A DNA stretch of 64,000 nt from an uncultured Acidobacteriota bacterium (GTDB taxonomy: Bacteria; Acidobacteriota; Vicinamibacteria; Vicinamibacterales; 2-12-FULL-66-21), in the NCBI GenBank assembly GCA_963797715.1, contig CAWCQS010000007.1:24566-88565 (forward strand), given 5' to 3'. Numbering within the stretch: position 1 is the first letter of the stretch; each line of letters opens with the position of its first letter. Below the pieces are notes generated by a model that was not told the origin of the DNA, ran no database searches, and worked only from the letters and a program-made list of their open reading frames with translations. The position numbers were made by a program, and so were the translations under genes. Below are positions 46,904-57,578 of this stretch, piece by piece.

Positions 46904-48442
46904 CTAATCTTCCCTCCCAAACATCAGCCTGTGCGCGTCGAGATACGACCTCAGCGCTCCTGCGCCATCGTGCTTCTCAGCAAGGCCGATGTAGCCATCA
47001 GGTCGCACGAGATAGATGGCATCACGCTGGAGCCCGGCGCGACGGCACTCCTCTCGCCAATGGAATACGTGCAGCGGGAGCGACCGCTCCTTGCAGACCG
47101 CCTGCATCTCGCGTGTGGCGTCGCCATACACATGGACCTGCCAGTCGAGCGACGTCAGCGGCGCAAAGTTGTCGCTGCCATTCAACGCCGAGGCGACCCA
47201 CGGGAGCCGGTCGCCACCGTGCACGGCTCCCGCGCGTCCTTCGCTGATGCTGCTGCCCCGATAGTTGACCGCTGTCTGTGAAACCGTCCGAAACATGAAA
47301 CGTCTCGTGATTCGGAACCTGAACGCCAACGGCAGCAGCAGCGGGACGACGTTCAGCCGCAGGCGGCGGGAGAGCCAGTCGTCGCTCGTCACCGCTGCGA
47401 ACGCCCGATCGGTCGTGGCGACCAGGCGGCGCGCGAAGGCGATGCGTTCGGGCTCGTAGGTGTCGAGCACTGAGGCCTCGGCGCGATTGCGGAGGACAGC
47501 CGCCAGCTTCCACGCCAGGTTTACCGCGTCGCCGATGCCAGTGTTCATCCCCTGCCCGCCCACCGGACTGTGGATGTGCGCGGCATCACCAAGAAGAAAC
47601 GCGCGGCCCCTGCGGAACTCATCCGCGACGCGGTGGTGCACGCGGTAGGTTGAGAACCAGTGCACGCGATCGACCTCGATGCGCATCCACTTCATGACAC
47701 GTGTGCTCACGTCGTCCCAGGAGAGATCCTGATTGCGGTCTTCGGCGACAGCGCGCACAATCCCGACGAGGCGCGCACGGCCCTCCTCCTTCAATGGAAA
47801 GACGGCCAGAAAATCCGCCTCGTCCAGCGCCGCGTGCAATTCGCCGTTCATCGCCGCACCGCGCGCCTCGACGTCGGCAACGTAGAAGAGATGTTCGTAC
47901 GTGCCACCAGGAAATCCGATCGACAGCGTCTGTCTCACCACTGAGTGGGCGCCGTCACACCCAGCAATATAGGCCGCCTCGCACGTCTCTGCCGCGCCAT
48001 CGCCACGCTGCAGTCTGGCGTGAACACAACCTGGGACCTCCTCGAAACCGATGACCTCTGTCTCGCGTTCGACGTCGACGCCGGCCTCGTGGAGATGGTC
48101 GATCAATACGCGTTCGTGTTCGTCTTGCGGAAAGATCAGGACGTACGGGAACGGGCTGATGCCGGCTCCGATGTCGCCGAGAGTTGCGTGGGCTACTCGC
48201 CTGCCACTCGCCCAGAGATTGATCGAAGACATCTTCCGTCCACGAGCGACGATGTCGTCAGCGAGAGCGATCTGGCGATACCACTCCAATGTGCGGGCGT
48301 GCACGGCCAACGCCCGCGACGTCGTGCCCGGGTGCGCGGTCTTGTCGACAATCCGAACGCGGACGCCAAGGCGCGTGAGCAACAGGGCCAACACCAGCCC
48401 GGTGGGCCCGGCGCCAACAATCAGAACCTCGGTGTCGCGCAT
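46904..48442 (-). CDS. FAD-dependent aromatic-ring monooxygenase (PheA/TfdB/MhpA-like)
   Basis: Start ATG at 48442: MRDTEVLIVGAGPTGLVLALLLTRLGVRVRIVDK (GxGxxG). Also LLGDAAHIHSPVGGQGMNTGIGDAVNLAWKL and a thioredoxin-like C-terminal domain. Confidence 0.9.
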   Translation of the reverse strand: MRDTEVLIVGAGPTGLVLALLLTRLGVRVRIVDKTAHPGTTSRALAVHARTLEWYRQIALADDIVARGRKMSSINLWASGRRVAHATLGDIGAGISPFPYVLIFPQDEHERVLIDHLHEAGVDVERETEVIGFEEVPGCVHARLQRGDGAAETCEAAYIAGCDGAHSVVRQTLSIGFPGGTYEHLFYVADVEARGAAMNGELHAALDEADFLAVFPLKEEGRARLVGIVRAVAEDRNQDLSWDDVSTRVMKWMRIEVDRVHWFSTYRVHHRVADEFRRGRAFLLGDAAHIHSPVGGQGMNTGIGDAVNLAWKLAAVLRNRAEASVLDTYEPERIAFARRLVATTDRAFAAVTSDDWLSRRLRLNVVPLLLPLAFRFRITRRFMFRTVSQTAVNYRGSSISEGRAGAVHGGDRLPWVASALNGSDNFAPLTSLDWQVHVYGDATREMQAVCKERSLPLHVFHWREECRRAGLQRDAIYLVRPDGYIGLAEKHDGAGALRSYLDAHRLMFGRED

Positions 48443-48480
48443 CGTCCGTAGCGTATCGCGGCCCGAGGAAACTTCGTATT

Positions 48481-48528
48481 GCCGAGGTGAGAACACCGTT
48501 TAACAGTGTTAAGGTCTCCGCGCCTCGG
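48481..48528. promoter_or_regulatory. Nested palindrome (candidate operator) in a divergent intergenic region
   Basis: GCCGAGG-tgag-AACACCGTTTAACAGTGTT-aaggtctccgcg-CCTCGGT. The relatively AT-rich imperfect 19-bp palindrome is at 48492..48510. It is flanked by a 6-7 bp inverted repeat (48481..48487 / 48522..48528). Confidence 0.4.
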
Positions 48529-48569
48529 TGCGCTGCGCACACGACGCTCGACAAAGGGGAACGCGCACC

Positions 48570-50894
48570 ATGACCAGCCGTGGTTCTTTCCGCTTCCTTC
48601 ATCTCGCGCTCATCATTGCCGCTGTTGCTTCAGTCGGTCGTGGCGTGCCGTCAGCGCAATCAACGCCACCACCGCTCTACAGCCTCACACCCATCGGACA
48701 ACTCGGAGGATCGCAATCGGCGGCATACGATGTCAGCTTTTCCGCGGGTGTGATCGCCGGCCGCGCACAGACGGTGAGCGGCGCCTATCACGCCTTCGCC
48801 GAGGGCGAGTTCGGTCGCGCAGACGTCGGTACGCTCGGGGGCAGGGACAGCACGGCGTTCGCCGCCAACTACACCGATGGTCGTTGGCCAGGCACAGACA
48901 GCCAGTGGCCAGTACCACGCGTTCTCCTACGACGCCAACTCGAAAGCAAAAACGGACCTCGGGACGCTCGGCGGCACGTGGAGCGCGGCCTATGATGCAG
49001 ACCTCGGCATCATCGTCGGGGCATCGCGCATCGCCGGAAACGCGCGCATGCGGGCGTTCCAGTACGTCAACGGCGCGATGACGACGGTCCCGATCAACGA
49101 TCTCGGCGGCGATAGCGTCGCCAGAGGCGTCAACGGCACAAACGACATCGTCGGGTATGTCCTGCACCGCCGGCAACGCGTCATGCCGGCCATTCCTCTT
49201 CAGCAACGGCGTAACGAGGCTGATCGGTCCGGCGCTTCGCACCGGCGTTGCCAACCGTGTCAACGCGAATCTCGACGTCGTCGGTGCGCTCTCGGTCGCT
49301 CCTGGGACGAGCACAACACAAGCGTTTCTCTACAGAAACGGTGTCCGGACTGATCTCGGGACGCTCGGCGGTGCCAGCAGCGAAGCGCGAGGCATCAACG
49401 AGCAAGGAGAAGTGGTCGGAACCGCGCAAAACGCTGCCGGCCAACCGCGGGCGTTCCTCTGGCGCAACGGCGAGATGACCGATTTGAACACACTGATACC
49501 AGCAGGCACAGGTTGGATCCTGGAGTCGGCGGCAGGAATTTCCGATGGCGGTCAGATTGTCGGCTACGGCACGCTGAGCGGAAAGCGCAGGGCGTTCCTG
49601 CTTACGCCGCCGACCGATCTCGCGGCGTTCATCGGCGGGACGTACAGCCAGCTCGACAGCAACGTGCCGCGCGATGGCATCGAAGTCGGCAAACTGGTCC
49701 AATGGACGACGTCAGTGTGGGTGTCGAGCGCGCAGTGTCGCTCGCACGATCTTTGGTGCCCGGATGACGCACACTCTGACCGGGCCCGCCGTTTTCGTCG
49801 ATGCGAAAGCGAATGTGCCATTTCAAGACTGGGGCACGTGCAGTGTCACGCCGACAACAATCACATGTGACTTCCAGCCGTTTGTCAGCGACGGCCTAGG
49901 TCGCGAAGTGACGATCCGTGCCCGAGCCACCGGTATCGGAGCCATTTCGCACCACGCGACGGTCTCCAGCGACACGCCCGATCCCAATCCCGACAACAAT
50001 GCGATCGAACCCGAACTCAATCGCACCGTAGCCCTCAAGACGTTCACGCTCACGCCGGCCACACTGGCCGGTGGCCAGACCTCGGTTGCGGAAGTGACAT
50101 TGACCGATCGTCCACCAGGCGGCGATGCGCTCGTCAAGCTGACGAGCAGCCGCCCGGATATTGCACCAGTGCCGGCGGTGTTCGACGTTCCCGGCTTCGC
50201 CGTGACCGGCCGTCGTCAATTCGCCATCGTGCCGGCGGTCGTCTCGGCGCCGACGACTGTACAGATCACGGCGACGTATGGGCTCGTGACGGTGACGAAA
50301 ACGTTGACCGTCGTGCCGCCGACGCTCAAGCAGCTCTATCTCACGCCGACGACCGTCATCGGCGGATGCGGACAATCACAGGGACGCGTGGTGCTCAATG
50401 GCACGGCGCCGGCGGGCGGAGCCGTCGTGCCACTGACCAACAGCAACAGCAAAGCCACCGTCCCGAAGAATGTGACGGTGCCGGCCGGCAGCAACACCGT
50501 GAGCTTCACGGTCACGACCGTTCCCGTGACGTCGCTGGCCTCCGGCGTGGTGACGACAAGCTTCGGCGGGGTCTCGCAATCGCTGAACCTGGCGGTACGA
50601 CCCATCCGCGCCCAGACGCTGACGCTATCCAACACCCGCGTGCGTGGCGGAACAACAGTCAACGGCATGGTAACGCTCGAGTGTCCGGCCGTGCCGGGTG
50701 CGATCGCGGTCAGCTTCACCACGTCCAACGCGAACGTCGCGGCGGCGACCGTGCCGAGCATCACGATTCCAACCGGCGGGACCGCGGGATCGTTCAGCGT
50801 GCGGACCAGTGCCGTGACGAGCGAGACAGTTGTCACGATTTACGCCTACGTTTTTGGCGTGAGAAAGCCGGTGACGCTGACCGTGACACCGTAG
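48570..50894 (+). pseudogene. Secreted HAF-repeat / DUF11 / triple Ig-like-repeat surface protein, three frame breaks
   Basis: Signal peptide MTSRGSFRFLHLALIIAAVASV. HAF repeats lie in frames 0, 1 and 2 (YHAFAEG..DVGTLGG; YHAFSYD..DLGTLGG; RAFLWRNGEMTDLNTL...RRAFLLTP). In frame 0 come a DUF11-like segment (SSDTPDPNPDNNA) and three ~90-aa repeats (TLTPATLAGGQTSVAEVTL...; YLTPTTVIGGCGQSQGRVVL...; TLSNTRVRGGTTVNGMVTL...). Confidence 0.75.
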
Positions 50895-50915
50895 GCTCAC
50901 GTTATCTCGAAGAGT

Positions 50916-50946
50916 GATGGCCCGTCGCACATCTTGACGGGCCATC
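50916..50946. terminator. Strong stem-loop between convergent genes
   Basis: GATGGCCCGTC-gcacatctt-GACGGGCCATC forms an 11-bp perfect stem. There is no U-tract on either side. Confidence 0.6.
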
Positions 50947-50993
50947 GTCGCAGTTACGAATACGAGCGCCGGTCACGATACTTCGTGCATCGC

Positions 50994-51377
50994 CTACGAC
51001 CGGCGCTTTTTCGCGACCAGGCACATCGCGGTCACCTCGGACAGTCGTTTCACGGACTTCACCGCCACCGTCCTGGCCTTCTCGTCCACCTCGCCCGTGA
51101 TCTCGACGCGAAAACCCACGTCGTCTTTCGCGGCTGGATAGTCGCGCACTTCGTAGACCGCCTTGGCCTGTTCACTGATGAACACCGCCGGGGATCCTTC
51201 GTCGAGGCATTTCTTGACACACGCCGTCCCATTCGGCCGCGGCTCTTCATCGGGCCGCACGCGCGCGCATTGTTTGTCGGAGAACCAGCCGGTCCACGTC
51301 TCTGTCGTCGTCCGCGGCGGCTCGGCGGCCAGCGCGGGAACGACAAGAACCGCGGCCAGAGTGACTGTACGAAGCAT
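50994..51377 (-). CDS. Small secreted Cys-containing protein (hypothetical)
   Basis: Trimmed to the ATG at 51377: MLRTVTLAAVLVVPALAAEPP..WTGWFSDKQCARV...GTACVKKCLDEGSPAVFISEQ... No family assigned. Confidence 0.5.
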   Translation of the reverse strand: MLRTVTLAAVLVVPALAAEPPRTTTETWTGWFSDKQCARVRPDEEPRPNGTACVKKCLDEGSPAVFISEQAKAVYEVRDYPAAKDDVGFRVEITGEVDEKARTVAVKSVKRLSEVTAMCLVAKKRRS

Positions 51378-51501
51378 GTTCACCTTCCTTGGACTGTGCT
51401 TCGTAAGACGGCCGACCCCGATCCGCGGTTGGCCGAGCTTGAGTCTCTGACAGCTGTCGGATCTGCTACGATTCGCCCGCGCATCGAAAGGACCGCCAAC
51501 T

Positions 51502-51882
51502 ATGACCCGAACCTCGCTCGCCGTCGTGACCGTCATCACCGTCCTTGCCGCCACCGCCCTCCGCGGATACCAGTCGAAAGATGACGCGCTCGATCCGGTC
51601 CGCGTCGCTGCCGACACCCACCGCGTTGCCTTCGAGAACGCCTTCGTCCGCGTGCTCGACGTTCGTATCCCCGCCGGCAAGACGGAGCCCCGCCACAGCC
51701 ATCCGCATGGCCTGAGCGTCTACTTCACCGACTGGGACGCGAAGGTTACGGTCGATGGCCGCCAGCCGCAGGTCAATCAGCGAAAGGCAGGAACATTCGC
51801 GTGGAGCGAGGCCCTCGTCCACACGGTTGAGAACGTGAGCAAGTCCGAGGGGCACGTGCTTCGTATCGAGCTGAAGCACTAG
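51502..51882 (+). CDS. Secreted cupin-like protein
   Basis: 126 aa with a signal peptide. Cupin-like strand pattern VAFENAFVRVLDVRIPAGKTEPRHSHPHGLSVYF...HTVENVS..EGHVLRIELK. Confidence 0.55.
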   Translation: MTRTSLAVVTVITVLAATALRGYQSKDDALDPVRVAADTHRVAFENAFVRVLDVRIPAGKTEPRHSHPHGLSVYFTDWDAKVTVDGRQPQVNQRKAGTFAWSEALVHTVENVSKSEGHVLRIELKH

Positions 51883-51937
51883 CCACGGATATGATTTCGT
51901 TCATCACGGTCACAGGCAAACAATCGCCGCACATCCG

Positions 51938-53216
51938 ATGAACCACGAAATTGCGTTCGAAATGGCGGCGTCGAGCGTCCGCTTCGGCCCGGGCGTCACA
52001 CGCGAGGTTGGAATGGACCTCGTCGATCTCGGCGTGCGCACGGCCCTCGTCGTCACCGACGCGACGCTGGCGCGGCTGCCGCCGGTCGCGACAGTGCTCG
52101 CTGCCCTCGACGGCGCTGGCGTGAATCGATCCTGTACGACCGTGTGCGCGTGGAACCGACCGACCTCTCGTTCCGCGACGCGATTCACTTCGCCGAAGCC
52201 GCGCCAATCGACGCTATCGTCGCGGTCGGCGGCGGCTCGGTGATCGACACGGCCAAGGCGGTCAACCTCTACACGACATATCCGCCCGCTGATTTCCTCG
52301 ACTACGTCAACGCGCCGATCGGCAAGGCGCTGCCTGTTCCCGGACCGCTCAAGCCGTTGATCGCGATTCCGACCACGGCCGGCACCGGCAGCGAGACGAC
52401 TGGCGTCAGCATCTTCGACCTCACAGAGATGCACGCCAAGACCGGCATCGCCAGCCGACGGCTCAAGCCGACGCTCGGGCTCCTCGATCCGGAGAACACG
52501 CGAACAATGCCGCGGCAGGTCGCGGCGTCGAGCGGACTCGACATCCTGAGTCACGCGATCGAATCGTTCACCGCTCTGCCCTACAGCTCGCGCCCTCGCC
52601 CGCGACTCCAGGCTTGCGTCCGGCCTACCAGGGCGCGAACCCGATCAGCGACATCTGGGCACTCCAGGCGCTGCGGATGGTTGCGAAGTACCTCGTTCGC
52701 GCCGTCGAGGATCCGTCCGACGACGAAGCGCGCGAGCAGATGATCCTGGCGGCGTCGTATGCGGGCGTCGGATTCGGCAATGCCGGCGTGCATCTTCCCC
52801 ACGGCATGTCATATCCGGTGTCGGGACATGTCAGGAGCTTCCGCGCGCCGGGCTACCCGGCAGACCACGCGCTCGTTCCGCACGGATCTCGGTGATCCTC
52901 AACGCGCCCGCAGTCTTCCGGTTTACGGCGGCCGCGAGTCCCGCACGCCATCTGCAGGCGGCGGAAGCGTTGGGCGCTGACATCGGCACAGCGAAGGAGG
53001 CCGACGCCGGCCCGATCCTCGCGGATCGGATTACGTGGTTCATGGAACGGCTCGGCGTGCCAAACGGACTGCGGGCCGTCGGGATACACGTCCGCTGACA
53101 TCCCGGCGCTCGTCGAGGGCACGTTGCCGCAGCATCGCGTGACGAAGCTGTCGCCGAGGCCCGCCGGTCGCGACGAGCTCGCGGCACTCTTCGAGGACGC
53201 GATGGTGGCGTGGTGA
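51938..53216 (+). pseudogene. Iron-containing alcohol dehydrogenase (hydroxyacid-oxoacid transhydrogenase-like), four frame breaks
   Basis: Five fragments in frames 2>1>0>2>0: FGPGVTREVG...; AIVAVGGGSVIDTAKAVNLY...[12 protein letters not shown]...[11 protein letters not shown]; [16 protein letters not shown]...[21 protein letters not shown]; [19 protein letters not shown]...; [23 protein letters not shown]...EDAMVAW. Stop at 53214..53216. Confidence 0.8.
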
Positions 53217-53294
53217 CCGGGCGCCCGCCTCACGCGTAGATCACGCGGTGGTTTACTTGCAGGCGCCGTCCATCTGCCGCTCTATCGCCACCGC

Positions 53295-53648
53295 CTATCC
53301 CTTCACGCCGAACCCCTTGGCGAGCAGGAGCTCTCTGACTCGTTCACGCAAATCGCCCTGGAGCTCAACACCATCGTCGGTGGCAGTACCACCCGTGCCG
53401 CACGCCCGTTTCAGTTCCTGAGTGAGTTCTTTCAGGAAGGCCGCGTTGTTTGGCAAGCCGAAGACGACGGTGACCGTCTTGCCGCCGCGGCCGGCTTTCT
53501 CCATGCGCAGCTTGGCGACTGGACGGACTGGAACCGGCGCGCTCGCAGCCTCACTGCAGCGGCACCCGCGCTCAGGTTGACCGCACGCGCGGCAAATTCG
53601 GCCAGCGGCGCTCGAGTAGACAGTCCTGGCGTTGTCGCGATGCTTCAT
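53295..53648 (-). CDS. yciH: Translation initiation factor SUI1/YciH family protein
   Basis: 117 aa: RICRACGQPERGCRC...VAKLRMEKAGRGGKTVTVVFGL...LKELTQELKRACGTGGTATDDGVELQGDLRERVRELLLAKGFGVKG. Confidence 0.9.
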   Translation of the reverse strand: MKHRDNARTVYSSAAGRICRACGQPERGCRCSEAASAPVPVRPVAKLRMEKAGRGGKTVTVVFGLPNNAAFLKELTQELKRACGTGGTATDDGVELQGDLRERVRELLLAKGFGVKG

Positions 53649-53772
53649 ATCGAAAGGATTGGGAGCGAGCCCGTCGCTATTCTATGCCGTCGCTCGTACC
53701 GTCAGGTTGATCCGCTGAGGAAGGTCCACCTTGAGGACGCGGCGCCAATTGCCGCCGTGTCGCCATCGACGG

Positions 53773-54336
53773 TCATCGTCCGAGTCGCGGCAGCACGAAG
53801 GTCATGACCAAGAGCAATGCGAGGATCAGCCCGGCTGACGCCAGCGTGCCCCACCACCCGCTGATGCCGAACCCTTTGAATACGGCCGGACCCAGATAGG
53901 CGACGATCGTCAGAACCATCACCGCCCAGACGAGGCTCGCCGCGGCATTGAGCAGGCTGAGCTTCAGAGGGCGCACCCCGGCGCACGCGCACGCGGCGGC
54001 GAGCGCGATGCGCAGGCCGGGCGCAAAGCGGATGGCCAGCGCCATCAGCGTGTCGTGTCGGCGCACGACACGAATCAGCCGCTCGCTCCGCGCCGCAAGC
54101 GCTGGCTTGCGGAGCAGCCACCGCCGCAACGGTCCGCGCAGGGCGTAGAAGTAGAACTGATCGCCGAGCGCCGCCCCGGTGGCGCCGGCGGCCACTACAG
54201 CCGCCGGGCTGAGCACACCCTGACTGACCAGCGCGGCGGCGCCGACAAACGTCACTTCTCCCTCGATCGCCGCCGCGATCATGATGGCCACATACAGGGC
54301 AGCGCTGCCAGTGCTGGTGGCACCAAGGGGCATCAC
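53773..54336 (-). CDS. DedA/VTT-domain membrane protein (short form)
   Basis: 187 aa: IEGEVTFVGAAALVSQG...GATGAALGDQFYFYALRG...LALAIRFAPGLRIALAAACA. It overlaps the DegT stop by 4 nt. Confidence 0.7.
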   Translation of the reverse strand: MMPLGATSTGSAALYVAIMIAAAIEGEVTFVGAAALVSQGVLSPAAVVAAGATGAALGDQFYFYALRGPLRRWLLRKPALAARSERLIRVVRRHDTLMALAIRFAPGLRIALAAACACAGVRPLKLSLLNAAASLVWAVMVLTIVAYLGPAVFKGFGISGWWGTLASAGLILALLLVMTFVLPRLGR

Positions 54337-55613
54337 GATGAGGACTCGCGCATAGCCGGCGTACCGACAGCCTTCAGCGACAGCACAGCGTCCTTGACGA
54401 CCGCTCCGACGCGCGCGAGTTCCTCGTCTGTCAACGACTCGTAAACTGGGATCTGAATCGTTCGGGTCGTCAGCGCCGCGCCCGGCATGGGCGCGTGCGG
54501 CCCTGCGAAGAGCGGGAGCGAGGTGCAGACGTCCACGTGTAGCGTCTCGATGTCGACCCCGTGCTGCAGGCAGCGATGGACGACCGCGTCACGCTCGGGC
54601 ACGTAAACGCTGTACCTGATAGAACGTGTGCGCCCGATCCGGGGGCACGATCGGAAGGCGCACGCCGGGCACCTGACGCAGGATGCTGAACATCCGCGCC
54701 GCATGGCGGCATGTTGTGGCATGCCAGCGGTCGAGGAGCTCGAGCCCTTCGAGCCCAATGGCCGCCTGCACGTTGGAATAGCGCACGTGGTAACTGGGCG
54801 GCAGGGGGTCGAGCGGCCTGATCTTCTCCCAAAAGTACACATCGAAGCTCCGGTTCAAGCGCCGGCAGCCGTAAACGAGCGGGAACATCGTCCAGGTGAA
54901 GACGGGCGGCTGCGTCACAACGCGCTGCACGTGCCCCTGCCACAGCTTCCGCTTGACCATCCGGACGTCGGGCAACGGCGCGGCATTGGCGATGTCGGCC
55001 ACACGTCTGGCGACATCCGGATCGCGGACGACCGCCATTCCACCGCCGTACGTGTTCAACGGCTTGATGGTCTGGAGGCTGAAGAACGCCGCGTCGCCGA
55101 GTGTTCCGACCGGTCGATCGTGATATGTCGAGCCGAGCGCATGGGCGCAGTCTTCAATCACCACGATACCGTGGCGGTGCGCGACGGCAACAATCTCGTC
55201 CATGTCGCACGGCAGCCCCCACAGGTGCGTCGGTACAACCGCGACGGTCTTCGCCCCGATCGCACGCTCGAACCCGTCCACTGTCATGTCGAAGGTGACC
55301 GGGTCGACGTCGACGAACACCGGGCGCAGGCCGGCGACACGCGCCATTTCCGGGACCACCCAGAACGTCAGGGAGGGCATCACGATTTCCGAGCCCAGCG
55401 GAAACCTCAGCGCCCGGAGGATGTAGTAGAACGCCATGCGGCCGTACGACGCGGGGATCGTGCGCAAGCCGCCGACCCGTGCGCTGAACGCATCGGTGAA
55501 GGCCATCAACGTGTGGCCCCTCGACGAGCTCGCCGCGACGCTCGAGGTCGGCGACGATGTGCTGCGTGTCGGGGACGACGCGGCGTGCCGTAACGAGAAA
55601 TGGCGAGCGTCAT
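54333..55613 (-). pseudogene. DegT/DnrJ/EryC1/StrS-family (sugar) aminotransferase, three frame breaks
   Basis: The ATG at 55613 overlaps the radical-SAM stop (ATGA). MTLAISRYGTPR, then VVPDTQHIVADLERRGELVEGPHV, then MAFTDAFSARVGGLRTIPASYGRMAFYYILRAL...VIEDCAHALGSTY...DAAFFSLQTIKPLNTYGGG lie in three frames. The C-terminus (YSVYVPERDAVVHRCLQHGVDIE...) is in the frame of ORF 54333..54842. Confidence 0.75.
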
Positions 55614-57002
55614 GAGAGTGACCTTTCCATCATGGCGAGCTCGCGGCGCGATACGAGGCCTTCGACGCGTGCGTCGAGCGCCGTCACCAGTTGCCGTAGG
55701 CGCGGCGCGCGAATGCGCAGGAAGTTGGCCAGAAACGACGGCCGCACGTAGAACCGCGTATAGGCCGCGCCGAGCAGGAATTGCAGCTGCGACGGCGAGA
55801 GCGCCGGGTGCGTGAACGTCGGCGTGAAGCCGTCGAACTTCTGCCAATCGCTCTCGGTAATCGCCGCTTCCATGTGGTTGTAGAGCGGCGTTCCGGGATA
55901 CGGTGTCAGAATCTTGAACTGCGCCACCGATGATCCGAGCCTCACCGAGTAGTCGATCGTCGCGCTGATCGACTCCCAGGTGTCCTGTCCGAACCCGAGC
56001 ACGTAGAAAGCGGCCGTGACGATGCCCAGTTCGCGGCAGCGCGTCAGGATCGCCCGTTGGTGCGCTTCCGGAATCGGTACGCCTTCCGACCCTTCTCAAG
56101 ATTTCCGACGACAGCGATTCGACGCCAAAGCTGAGCGCCCGTAGTCCGGCGCGGTGCATCATGGTGAGCAGCTCATCGTCCAGTCGATCGAGACGGGTCT
56201 CGCACTCGAACGTGTGCGGCAGGTGCCGCGACAGCACTCCGGCGGCGAGCTCCAGGACGCGGTCGCGCTGGTGGGTGAACAGCGGATCCCGAAACACGAC
56301 GTGAACGGCGCCCCGGGTGTCGGCGAGCAGCGACAGCTCGTCGAGGATATTGCCGACGCTACGGGATCGGTGCGACGCCTGGATCCGATGCGGACAGTAC
56401 GCGCAGAACTCGGGGCAACTCCTGCTGGCCAGGAGTGGCAGCGCGCCCCCGCTCGGCCGGCCGGCAAAGGGGACGCGGACGGGCCGGCGTCGAGGGGCCA
56501 ACACATCCCAATGGGGAAACGGGAGTGTGTCGAGATCTGCGATCTCAGGGCTTTTGATCATCCCCGACAGAGCCTCGCCGTCAACCAGCCTCTGCAGCGC
56601 CGCTTCCGGCTCACCGCAGATGATGAAGTCCGCTGAGCCGCGAAAGAGCTGCGGCAGCTTCTGCGAAGCGAGTCCAATGAAGCCGACTCGCATGCCGCGT
56701 GCCCGCATCGCCTCTGCCCAGGCAGTCTCACGCCGGTAGTCGACGAGCGACGACAACACGATCGCGACATCGCCGTCGGCGGGCGCGCCGTTGGAGGCAA
56801 CGACCGCGTGCCCGGCACGCCGCGCCAGCGCTGCGGCGTAGGCCAGGTGCACGCTCGGCAGATCGTGAAAACGCCGCTTGACCCACGACACGACGTCGGT
56901 GACCTTCGAAAAAGCCCTCAAGCGCGAGCCGTATCCACCCGCGACCGTATCCTTGCTGATGAATCCTTCTCCACCCTTCAAATCCGCCAGAACGATCTGC
57001 AT
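55610..57002 (-). pseudogene. B12-binding-domain radical SAM protein, one frame break near 56080
   Basis: Start ATG at 57002: MQIVLADLKG... (B12-binding-like N-domain). CX3CX2C is LLASRSCPEFCAYCPH. The C-terminal part is in ORF 55610..56002 (FYVLGFGQDTWESISATIDYSVRLGSSVAQFKILTPYPGTPLY). Confidence 0.8.
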
Positions 57003-57146
57003 ACCCGCTCTCCATGACCGCTGACCGTGATCCAGTGCCGTGTTCGCACGGCGCCTGTGCAGGCACCCGGTCCTGGTGCGCGCGCAGGGCACGCGGCGAG
57101 GCACTCGGTCAGAGCCGATGCGCCTGTGCGAACGTGATGTCGCGGC

Positions 57147-57578
57147 TTAGGAGATGGCGGGCGGCGCGCGGGGATTGACGCGAAGAACGGGGCGCGAGGC
57201 AACGACGGGTTCGGTGCTGCGCGGCAACGTCGTGCAGCGTGTCGCGGAACCTCTATAACGGCCGGGCAGGCAACCGACTGCCGCGTCGTCCTTCCAGCTC
57301 CCCTCGCTCGCTTCCGACGCGCTCGGAACCGACGCCGTCGCGGCCGTCAGGTGCGCCGATAGCTCGTGACGGCTGACATGTGGCAGCTTGATCGGTTTGT
57401 GACGATACGGTCGCGCTGGTGACGCGTGCGCAGCGTGGCCTTGTGGCCTTGCCGAGGCGGTTTTGCTGAAGGTGTCCGCGAAGATATCGGTGAATCCGGC
57501 TGACGTGGGCGCGACGAGCAGGCCAAGAACGATGACAAGCCAGCCGAGCGGCCGAAGCGGAGAAGGGCGGTGGACCAT
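57147..57578 (-). CDS. Hypothetical N-terminally anchored protein
   Basis: 143 aa with one N-terminal helix (LGWLVIVLGLLVAPTSAG). The rest is low complexity. Support is weak. Confidence 0.3.
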   Translation of the reverse strand: MVHRPSPLRPLGWLVIVLGLLVAPTSAGFTDIFADTFSKTASARPQGHAAHASPARPYRHKPIKLPHVSRHELSAHLTAATASVPSASEASEGSWKDDAAVGCLPGRYRGSATRCTTLPRSTEPVVASRPVLRVNPRAPPAIS

